A DNA stretch of 64,000 nt from Elusimicrobiota bacterium. Lineage in GTDB: Bacteria; Elusimicrobiota; Elusimicrobia; Elusimicrobiales; UBA9959. The notes beneath the pieces were generated by a model, which saw nothing but the letters and a program-made list of their open reading frames with translations, ran no database searches and had not been told where the DNA came from. The stretch lies in assembly GCA_012517285.1 (NCBI GenBank), contig JAAYVG010000026.1:13408-77407 (forward strand). Direction: 5' to 3'. The position numbers were made by a program, and so were the translations under genes. Positions 36,403 through 44,404 of the stretch are shown here, in pieces. Position 1 is the first letter of the stretch. Each line of letters opens with the position of its first letter.

Positions 36403-36418
36403 TTGTTGATGTATTTTA

Positions 36419-36424
36419 TATAAT
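36419..36424 (+). promoter_or_regulatory. -10 hexamer TATAAT carried on the repeat end, 10 nt before ATG 36435
   Basis: Part of the shared sequence GATGTATTTTATATAATATACTT. Confidence 0.4.
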
Positions 36425-36434
36425 ATACTTGTGA

Positions 36435-38438
36435 ATGAGAAAAATTTTATTTTTTATAATTCTTTTTTTGCCAACAAAAATTATGTCAGATGATTTTAAT
36501 CCCAGATCTGTAAATTATTTTATAAGCGATGCAAATGCTTTAAATATTATTAAGATAAAAAATCTTAAGAAATCAAGTCTTCCTGATATGATATTTGAGA
36601 CTATAAATCCTAAGAAGGATGCAGAAGTAGAGTTTAATATAAAAGTTCCTTTTTATTTTGATGAGATGATACTTTCGCCATCACCGCTTATATATGACGG
36701 TGATATTATAAAATCAGATGTGATTATAGATGATGATGAGTTCTCTTTTGGAAATTTTTCAATAGGAAAATCTAACAGCATAATAAAGAAAGATTCCCTT
36801 GGTGAGATGGATGTTGACACACTAAGGCTTAATAAAAAGATAAAAGAATTTACTGTTAAAATAAAGATTTTTAACAAATCTGGTAAAAAAACTGGGATAA
36901 AACTTATAAATATTGTGATTACAAACCGTGATAAAAATTTTAGCAACCCTATTCTGCCCGGGATGAGTGATACTGTGATTCTTAGTGTACCTAAGATTTC
37001 ACAGCTGGAGCAGCAGGTAAACTATGCTGGTGATATATGCAGTCCGACATCTCTTTCAATGCTTTTAAACTATTACGGTATTGATGTGTCAACAGTATCC
37101 TGTGCTTCCGATGTAATAGACACATCAAAAAATATCTATGGCAATTGGATCTTTAACACATCCTATGCATCAACTAAAAACTTATATTCATTCATTGTGC
37201 GAATAAACTCATATGATGAGCTTAAAAGATATTTACAAAAGGGAATTCCTGTGATAGCAAGCATAACATTCGGGCCAGATGAACTTAAAAATTCACCCAT
37301 TAAAAAGACAACAGGACATCTCCTTGTGATAAAAGGAATTGATAAAAATGGAAATATAATAACAAATGATCCCGCAGCACTCAACAGTAGCAGGGTTGAG
37401 GTGGTGTATGATAAAAAAGAGTTTGCAAATGCATGGTTTAAAAACAAATATGGAACATCATATATATTGGTTGACGATATATTTAAGCTAATATCCTCAG
37501 CCGTTCCTTATTCAGAGATTAAAAAGGATGACGATGTTCTTACACAGATAACACCTGATGAAGAAATAAGACTTGTTGAAAGAACAGCGGATTCTATTCT
37601 GGTCGAAGCCGTTGAACAGAAGATTGAAGGAAAGGATGGCAAGCCTGAGGGTTATAAAGGTTATATTGATAGATACGGATTTTCGTTACCGAAGAGCTAT
37701 AATGCATTTGTCTCTGAGAAGCTTGCAAAAATATATGATGATAAAAGGATTGAGATTGATAAAACTATTTCAGCAGGAACAAGAATTGATATACTGGATG
37801 ATTATGATAATTTTTTTCTTGCAATGGTTGATAATATGATGTTCTTTATCTCTAAAAAAGATGTTATTACTGATTCTGATCTTCATGACATAAAAGATAC
37901 AGGAAAGGCTGTGATAGAAAAGGCAAGGGATTTCATTGGAACGGTATATTACTGGGGTGGAAGAACATCAGATAAGTTGGATTGTTCAGGGCTTACAAGT
38001 TTAATACATAAAATATATGGATACACAATACCGCGTGATGCAAACGATCAGTTCATATATTCAAAGAAAATAAAAACTTTTAATGAGCTCAAACTGGGGG
38101 ATCTGATATTTTCAACAAAGGAGAACTCTGATTTTGTTGACCATGTGATGCTTTATTCTGGTGATGGCAATATCATTGAGGCGACAAAGGAATGTAATTG
38201 TGTTAGAGAGATACCATTTTTACAGAAGTTTGAAATTGATTTAAAAAATGTAATATATGGCAAAAAAATAAATGGTAAAAAGATATATTTTGGAAGATTC
38301 ATAGATGACAATACACTAAAAGATGATAAGAAATCTGATAAAAAAAATCTTAATAAAAATACAAAAACAAAAATAAAAAAGAGCATTCCAAACAAAACAT
38401 ACAAAAAAACTTCTAAAAAAAACAGGAGTAAAAAATGA
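36435..38438 (+). CDS. Secreted dual-peptidase cell-wall hydrolase: C39-like domain + SH3-like repeats + NlpC/P60 domain, Lys-rich tail
   Basis: VPKISQLEQQVNYAGDICSPTSLSMLLNYYG resembles the peptidase_C39_2 family. C-terminal NlpC/P60 motifs YYWGGRTSDKLDCSGLT...HVMLYSGDGNIIEAT. The last ~60 aa are very Lys-rich. Confidence 0.7.
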   Translation: MRKILFFIILFLPTKIMSDDFNPRSVNYFISDANALNIIKIKNLKKSSLPDMIFETINPKKDAEVEFNIKVPFYFDEMILSPSPLIYDGDIIKSDVIIDDDEFSFGNFSIGKSNSIIKKDSLGEMDVDTLRLNKKIKEFTVKIKIFNKSGKKTGIKLINIVITNRDKNFSNPILPGMSDTVILSVPKISQLEQQVNYAGDICSPTSLSMLLNYYGIDVSTVSCASDVIDTSKNIYGNWIFNTSYASTKNLYSFIVRINSYDELKRYLQKGIPVIASITFGPDELKNSPIKKTTGHLLVIKGIDKNGNIITNDPAALNSSRVEVVYDKKEFANAWFKNKYGTSYILVDDIFKLISSAVPYSEIKKDDDVLTQITPDEEIRLVERTADSILVEAVEQKIEGKDGKPEGYKGYIDRYGFSLPKSYNAFVSEKLAKIYDDKRIEIDKTISAGTRIDILDDYDNFFLAMVDNMMFFISKKDVITDSDLHDIKDTGKAVIEKARDFIGTVYYWGGRTSDKLDCSGLTSLIHKIYGYTIPRDANDQFIYSKKIKTFNELKLGDLIFSTKENSDFVDHVMLYSGDGNIIEATKECNCVREIPFLQKFEIDLKNVIYGKKINGKKIYFGRFIDDNTLKDDKKSDKKNLNKNTKTKIKKSIPNKTYKKTSKKNRSKK

Positions 38439-40168
38439 AAAAGATACTGATAACTATTATGGCACTTTCCATACTTTCCTGTGCCCAGAAAAACAGGTTA
38501 GATCTTGTTTTTTTTGCTCATACAGGTGAAATAACATCGCTTGATCCAGTTTATTCATACGATGCTGTAACACACGGGACACTTTTAAACATATATGAAA
38601 CACTTATTGGATTTAATGGTGATTCACTTGATGACTATATCCCACTTATATCTGAGAAAATACCTTCGCAGTCAAACGGACTCATATCAAAGGATGACAC
38701 AGCCTACACATTTCCAATAAGAAAAAATATTTATTTTCATAATGGCGATATACTTACAGCTGAGGATGTCAGATACTCGCTTTTAAGATTTATGATAATG
38801 GATGTATCAGGTGGTCCTTCTGCGCTTTTTCTTGAGCCTGTTTTTGGTGTGACTTCAATAAGGAATAAAAATGGAAACATTGCTATAACAAAGGATGAGT
38901 TCTTAAATGCGATAAAGGTTGATGGTGATAATGTTATTATAAAACTAAAAAAGCCATTTGCACCGTTTCTATCAATAGTTGCAAGATGGTCATATGTCAT
39001 GGATAAGAAATGGGCTGTTGAGAGTGGCGAATGGGATGGAAGTTATGAAACAATAAAGGATTTTTCTAACAGAACAAAGGATGCTGCCAGAATAATTTAC
39101 AAAGAAAATGGAAGTGGACCCTATAAAGTTTTGAAATGGGAACCGAACAGGAAGCAGATAACACTTCAGTCATTTGATAAATACTGGAGGGGAGAGGCAA
39201 AAGTAAAGACTGTTGTAGAAAAAACAATAGCTGAGTTTTCAACAAGAAGGCTTATGATTGAAAGGGGGGATGCAGATATAATAGAGGTTCCAAGGATATA
39301 TGAGGAACAACTCGTAAACTTAAAAGGGGTGAAGCTTTATTCAAGACTCCCAAGACTTATGACAGATCCTGTGTTTTTCTTTACATTTGATATAAACACT
39401 GATGGAAACCCTGATATAGGAAGTGGGAAGTTGGATGGTGAAGGGATACCGCCAGATTTTTTTAAGGACATAAACATAAGAAAGGCTTTTGCCTGTTCAT
39501 TTGATTATGACAGATTCATAAAGGAAAGTCTTAAAGGAGAGGCGGAGAGGGCATATTCACCCATACCACCATCTGTTTTAAAAATTGATGGAATAAAACG
39601 CTATGAGTTTAATACTGAGCTTGCAAAGGAATATTTTAAAAAGGCATATGGCGGAAAGGTATGGCAAAACGGTTTCAAGTTTACTCTGACCTTTAACAAT
39701 GGAAGTGATGTAAGGCAGTTAGCGGCGGAAATACTGAAGAAAGGTATTGAGGGCATAAATCCTAAGTTTAAGATAGACATAAGAGGGCTTGACTGGGCAG
39801 TTTATTTAGAAAAGGCGGGTAGCAAAAAAATGCCGCTTTTTACAAGAGGATGGGTTGGAGATTATGCTGATCCACATAATTTTATATTTCCATTCTATCA
39901 TTCAAATGGAAGATACCCTGTCTCTCAGGGATTTTCAAACCCTGAGCTTGACAGAATGATTGAATATGCTGCAACAGAAACAGATAAACGAAAAAGGAAG
40001 GAAGCATACAGAAAAATAATTGATATTGCAAATGAAAATGTCTATCAGATCTATACTATTCATCCATACGGAATAATGGCTATAAGGCAGAGCATAAACG
40101 GTTTTGTTGAAAACCCGCTTAATATGGGCATATATTTTTATGAACTCTCAAAATCGGAGGCCAAGTGA
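38435..40168 (+). CDS. ABC transporter substrate-binding protein, family 5 (peptide/nickel type), lipoprotein
   Basis: Lipobox LSILSC with an SBP_bac_5-like length and motifs (YTFPIRKNIYFHNGD, GWVGDYADPHNF). No permease or ATPase genes lie adjacent. Confidence 0.8.
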   Translation: MKKILITIMALSILSCAQKNRLDLVFFAHTGEITSLDPVYSYDAVTHGTLLNIYETLIGFNGDSLDDYIPLISEKIPSQSNGLISKDDTAYTFPIRKNIYFHNGDILTAEDVRYSLLRFMIMDVSGGPSALFLEPVFGVTSIRNKNGNIAITKDEFLNAIKVDGDNVIIKLKKPFAPFLSIVARWSYVMDKKWAVESGEWDGSYETIKDFSNRTKDAARIIYKENGSGPYKVLKWEPNRKQITLQSFDKYWRGEAKVKTVVEKTIAEFSTRRLMIERGDADIIEVPRIYEEQLVNLKGVKLYSRLPRLMTDPVFFFTFDINTDGNPDIGSGKLDGEGIPPDFFKDINIRKAFACSFDYDRFIKESLKGEAERAYSPIPPSVLKIDGIKRYEFNTELAKEYFKKAYGGKVWQNGFKFTLTFNNGSDVRQLAAEILKKGIEGINPKFKIDIRGLDWAVYLEKAGSKKMPLFTRGWVGDYADPHNFIFPFYHSNGRYPVSQGFSNPELDRMIEYAATETDKRKRKEAYRKIIDIANENVYQIYTIHPYGIMAIRQSINGFVENPLNMGIYFYELSKSEAK

Positions 40169-41784
40169 TATCTGAAAAAATAAAAAATATATTTATAAAT
40201 GAAGCTGATATACCATCTGAGTTTGAAATAGATCCAAAAACTTATGATCACTATCTTGTTGATGGCAAGATAAAAAAGTTTAAAGGAAAATTTCACAAGG
40301 CTTATTCACCTGTTATGGTTTATGATAAAAACGGAAAGCTTGAACAAAAATATATTGGTGAATATCCACTTATGAATGAGGATGAGGCACTCAGTGTTTT
40401 AAATGCTGCTGTAAAAGCATATGATAAAGGATGTGGGGTTTGGCCAACGATGAGTGTTGAGGAAAGGATAGAATGCGTCCTTAAATTTGTTGATGAGATG
40501 AAAAAGCGAAAGCCAGAGATTGTTAAGCTTATAATGTGGGAGATAGCAAAAAGTTATTCTGACAGTGAAAAGGAGTTTGACAGAACTGTAGCATATATAA
40601 ATGGGACTGTTGAGGCATTAAAAGAGCTTGACCGTAAATCATCAAGATTTATAACATCTGATGTCTATGCCCTTGCAAAGCGGTCACCGCTCGGCGTGGT
40701 TCTGTGTATGGGACCATATAATTATCCTTTGAATGAAACATTTACAACCTTAATCCCTGCTCTTATAATGGGAAATACAATAGTTTTTAAACCACCAAAG
40801 TTTGGTGTTATACTCCATTCTCCGCTATTAGAAGCATTTAAAGATTCATTTCCACCCGGAGTTGTAAACACTGTTTATGGCCGTGGTGATGAGGTGATAA
40901 CACCGATAATGAAAAGCGGGCTTGTCGATGTGCTTGCATTTATTGGCTCAAGCAGGGTAAGCGATATATTAAAAAAAGAACATCCAAAGCCACACAGAAT
41001 GAAATCAGTTTTAGGACTTGATGCAAAAAATGCTGCAATAATACTCGATGATGCTGATATAGACCTTGCAGTCAATGAATGTATTGATGGAGCATTATCG
41101 TTTAATGGCCAGAGATGCACAGCAATAAAGATGATTTTTGTTCATCAGAATTTTCAGAATGTTTTTATAGAAAAGTTTGTAAGGGAGATAGAAAAACTAA
41201 AGTTTGGTATGCCATGGGAAAAGGATGTTAAGATAACTCCTCTTCCTGATTTATCAAGGATAAAATATCTTAAAGGGCTCATAGATGATGCTTTATCAAA
41301 GGGAGCAAGGGTTATAAATGACTGCGGTGGAACTGACAACGGAACATTTCTTTACCCTGCAGTTTTATATCCTGTAAAAAATAATATGAGGATATACAGT
41401 GAGGAACAGTTTGGTCCTGTTATTCCGTTTACATACTTCAATGATATAAAAGAACCACTTGATTATGTCATAAACTCAAACTATGGCCAACAGGTTTCAA
41501 TATTTTCTAAAGATCCTGTGCAAATATCAAGACTAACTGATGTCCTTGTTAATCAGGTTTCAAGGGTTAATCTAAACTCACAGTGTCAGAGGGGACCGGA
41601 TGACCTTCCTTTTACAGGTAGGAAGGACTCTGCGGAACAAACTCTATCAATAAGCGATTCGTTAAGAGTTTTTTCAATCAGGACGCTATTTGCGTTCAAG
41701 GCAACGGATTATAACAAGGAGATAGTAAAGGAAATACTAAAGAAGAGAAGTTCAAAGTTTATATCAACTGATTTTATAATGTAG
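40165..41784 (+). CDS. gapN: Aldehyde dehydrogenase family, non-phosphorylating NADP-dependent GAPDH (GapN)-like
   Basis: GTG start with a GGAGG RBS. ALDH motifs FKPP, catalytic GQRCTA, EEQFGPV, and the GapN-like C-terminus FTGRKDSAEQTLSISDSL. Confidence 0.7.
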   Translation: MISEKIKNIFINEADIPSEFEIDPKTYDHYLVDGKIKKFKGKFHKAYSPVMVYDKNGKLEQKYIGEYPLMNEDEALSVLNAAVKAYDKGCGVWPTMSVEERIECVLKFVDEMKKRKPEIVKLIMWEIAKSYSDSEKEFDRTVAYINGTVEALKELDRKSSRFITSDVYALAKRSPLGVVLCMGPYNYPLNETFTTLIPALIMGNTIVFKPPKFGVILHSPLLEAFKDSFPPGVVNTVYGRGDEVITPIMKSGLVDVLAFIGSSRVSDILKKEHPKPHRMKSVLGLDAKNAAIILDDADIDLAVNECIDGALSFNGQRCTAIKMIFVHQNFQNVFIEKFVREIEKLKFGMPWEKDVKITPLPDLSRIKYLKGLIDDALSKGARVINDCGGTDNGTFLYPAVLYPVKNNMRIYSEEQFGPVIPFTYFNDIKEPLDYVINSNYGQQVSIFSKDPVQISRLTDVLVNQVSRVNLNSQCQRGPDDLPFTGRKDSAEQTLSISDSLRVFSIRTLFAFKATDYNKEIVKEILKKRSSKFISTDFIM

Positions 41785-41792
41785 GAGATGTT

Positions 41793-42425
41793 ATGGAGCT
41801 AAAGAAAAGAGCCGGTGAAATTTTAAAGATATTAAAAGAACTTTATCCTGATGCAAAAGCAGAACTTAATTATTCAAATCCTTTTGAACTCTTAATAGCC
41901 ACTATACTTTCAGCCCAGACAACTGATGCCACAGTAAACAAAATAACACCAGAACTCTTCAAAAAATATCCGACACCTGCACTGCTTTCTAAATCAAAGC
42001 AAACAGATGTTGAAAGGATAATAAAGCCATCAGGATTTTATCACAACAAGGCTAAAAATATAATAGAAACATCAAAAATTATTGTAGAAAAATTTAATGG
42101 AAAAGTCCCTGATGATATGGAAGGACTTTTGAAGCTTAAGGGAGTTTCAAGAAAGACTGCAAATGTTGTTTTAGCAAATGCATTTAAAAAAAATGAAGGG
42201 ATAGCAGTTGATACCCATGTCAAAAGGCTTAGCTATAGAATTGGACTAACAAAGAAAACCGAACCTGAAAAAATAGAAAAAGATCTTATGATTTTGTTTG
42301 ATAAAAAGGATTGGGGATTTATATCAAATGCCCTCATTCTTCACGGCAGAAGAGTGTGTAACGCTAAAAAGCCTTTGTGTGATGATTGTAAAATAAATAA
42401 ATATTGTGAGAAGAATATCCAATGA
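41793..42425 (+). CDS. nth: Endonuclease III
   Basis: The HhH-GPD motif LKLKGVSRKTANVVL, the catalytic Lys/Asp context, and the C-terminal 4Fe-4S cluster C-x6-C-x2-C-x5-C (CNAKKPLCDDCKINKYC). Confidence 0.9.
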   Translation: MELKKRAGEILKILKELYPDAKAELNYSNPFELLIATILSAQTTDATVNKITPELFKKYPTPALLSKSKQTDVERIIKPSGFYHNKAKNIIETSKIIVEKFNGKVPDDMEGLLKLKGVSRKTANVVLANAFKKNEGIAVDTHVKRLSYRIGLTKKTEPEKIEKDLMILFDKKDWGFISNALILHGRRVCNAKKPLCDDCKINKYCEKNIQ

Positions 42426-43117
42426 ACAATGGATTGATAATTAAAACTACAGAAATGGATGTTTATGAGAATATGTCCTGTGATGAAGTGCTCTGTGAAA
42501 CAATGCCAGAAAAATATATACTCAGGTTTTTTAACTGGGCTAAGGATGGAATAACATTTGGGCTTTCGCAGAGGTTTAACAATGTTTTAATGGAACTTGA
42601 TGCTGAGGATAAAAATATTGATATAACAAGAAGGCCTACCGGTGGAGGGGTTGTTATACATAAAACAGATATTACATTCTCATTCATATTTTATAGTCCA
42701 ACCGAATTTAATCCATTAAAAACATATGAACAGCTTCATACTGCAATACTCGATGAATATTTAAAAAATGGCATAACGCTTGAGCTTATGAAGGAAAAGA
42801 CTAAAAGCTATGATATAAACAGCTCCATCATAAGTTGTTTTAAAAAACCTGTTGAAAAAGATATTATGTCAGGTGGCAAAAAGGTTTTGGGCGGGGCAAT
42901 AAGAAAATTTTCAGACTACATACTTTATCAGTCATCGCTTCAAATAGAGGGCGCAAGAAATGAGAGTGAACTGCACAAGGGTATAATAACATCAGCATTT
43001 AAAAAATCATTTGATCTGGAGTTTGAAAAATTTGAACTGACAAATGAATACTATAAAAAGATAGAATCAAAAAAGGTTGAAAAGTATCAAAACTCTCTTT
43101 GGATAAAAAGGATTTGA
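42422..43117 (+). CDS. Biotin/lipoate A/B protein ligase family protein (LplA/LipM-like)
   Basis: RRPTGGGVVIHKTDITFSF corresponds to the R-x-SGGGAV-x-HD motif region of lipoate-protein ligases. A conserved Lys-containing C-terminal half (GGKKVLGGAIRK). Confidence 0.6.
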   Translation: MNNGLIIKTTEMDVYENMSCDEVLCETMPEKYILRFFNWAKDGITFGLSQRFNNVLMELDAEDKNIDITRRPTGGGVVIHKTDITFSFIFYSPTEFNPLKTYEQLHTAILDEYLKNGITLELMKEKTKSYDINSSIISCFKKPVEKDIMSGGKKVLGGAIRKFSDYILYQSSLQIEGARNESELHKGIITSAFKKSFDLEFEKFELTNEYYKKIESKKVEKYQNSLWIKRI

Positions 43118-43162
43118 ATCATCAGGATGTAAACGGATAAGACATAAGATTAAAATGGATAA
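43118..43162. repeat. Intergenic module (ATCATCAGGATGTAAACGGATAAGACATAAGATTAAAATGGATAA)
   Basis: Opposite-strand version of the GTCTTCATCCTGATGA / TCCGTTT vocabulary. Starts right after the stop codon at 43117. Confidence 0.7.
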
Positions 43163-43230
43163 ATTTATTTTTTTATTATCTTATTGAGTATTAATCCGAG
43201 AAAATATATGTTATGGACACTTACAAGTCC

Positions 43231-43259
43231 TTGAAAAACTTAGATTTACCTGCTAAAAT
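43231..43259 (+). promoter_or_regulatory. Promoter TTGAAA - 17 nt (TGc) - TAAAAT, 6 nt before ATG 43266
   Basis: Near-consensus -35, an extended -10, and correct spacing. Confidence 0.55.
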
Positions 43260-43265
43260 ATAAGT

Positions 43266-43562
43266 ATGAAAATAAAAAAGAGGAAAGGAACCCTTGCTGC
43301 TATATTAGTTTTGATTATAATGATAATTACGATTTCCACATATGTTATGAAATGGGCGTTTGATAGGCATACCACTGCAACAAGATTATATAGAAGTTCA
43401 ATAACTAAGGTTCAGGGTGAGGGAGTTATGTACAACAGGGTAGCATGCTGCAGGTATGGGGTTGGTTGTCAATCTTCTGTCAATGGGAAAACAGCATCTA
43501 TATCGGTGAATTGTTCGGCGTCAAACGCCACAACTTTTACAGTAGATATTACTGAGGATTAG
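43266..43562 (+). CDS. Small Cys-rich membrane-anchored hypothetical protein
   Basis: N-terminal basic stretch plus a hydrophobic helix (KKRKGTLAAILVLIIMIITIST), and 5 Cys in the C-terminal half. A strong promoter lies immediately upstream. Confidence 0.4.
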   Translation: MKIKKRKGTLAAILVLIIMIITISTYVMKWAFDRHTTATRLYRSSITKVQGEGVMYNRVACCRYGVGCQSSVNGKTASISVNCSASNATTFTVDITED

Positions 43563-44404
43563 TGGGTAGTAAATTCTATGGTTTTAAATGGTTTAAACTC
43601 AAATGAATCGTTCTTTCCATCGTGATTTATGATCTCACTATCCAGCCAGTAAAACCACTTCTTTTCAAATGATTTTAAATTGTTGATCCTGTAGTTATTC
43701 CAAAGTGCTTTTTCAAGTTTTTTACCTTTTAATATATCTGAACAGAATCTGTAGAATATAATTTTTCTTGATGGTGAGTAGAGGTATTTAACTATTCCAT
43801 ATGCCTCTAAATACCAGTTTGCTATATCCTTATCATCCTTCAAGCTGTTTAACTCTGTATCAAAAAAAACATCAAATTTCATATAGACTTTTTTAGGAGA
43901 ATATTTTAGTGCTCTATACCACTCTCCTTCATTACTTTTTGATGATAGATCTTCCATATAAACAGCAAGTCCCTCATTCAACCATAGTGGTGGTTTTTTG
44001 GATTTTTGTCTAAAGTAGCTCTCAAAGTAAAGATGTGTGAGTTCGTGTGTTATGGTTGGAATCAATGAATCTTGTTTATCACTATTGTATACAACTATTG
44101 TCTTTTTTTCAAAGAGCGCAAGCCCCTTTGACCATTCAGGAGGTTTGAACTCCCCTTTTATATATGTATCATATCTTGAGTATATATAAATACTTGTTTT
44201 TTCTTTGCTCATCCATGGGGCAAAATATGAGAGATTGAGATTCATAAGATTATATATCCTTTCCATCTCCATACTAAATGATGGTATCTCCCACTTACCC
44301 TCAAAGTATATGTCAAAGTGTTTGGTCTCAACCCTCTGCCAGTTCTGAGCTGAAAGAGGAGAAAATACTGTAATCATTAAAATCAAAAATATTCTAATCA
44401 TCAA
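43559..44404 (-). CDS. Peptidase MA-like zinc metalloprotease (HExxH)
   Basis: Signal peptide. ITHELTHLYFE (HExxH) followed by LWLNEGLAVYME (third ligand Glu), as in the Peptidase_MA_2 family. Confidence 0.6.
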   Translation of the reverse strand: MMIRIFLILMITVFSPLSAQNWQRVETKHFDIYFEGKWEIPSFSMEMERIYNLMNLNLSYFAPWMSKEKTSIYIYSRYDTYIKGEFKPPEWSKGLALFEKKTIVVYNSDKQDSLIPTITHELTHLYFESYFRQKSKKPPLWLNEGLAVYMEDLSSKSNEGEWYRALKYSPKKVYMKFDVFFDTELNSLKDDKDIANWYLEAYGIVKYLYSPSRKIIFYRFCSDILKGKKLEKALWNNYRINNLKSFEKKWFYWLDSEIINHDGKNDSFEFKPFKTIEFTTH

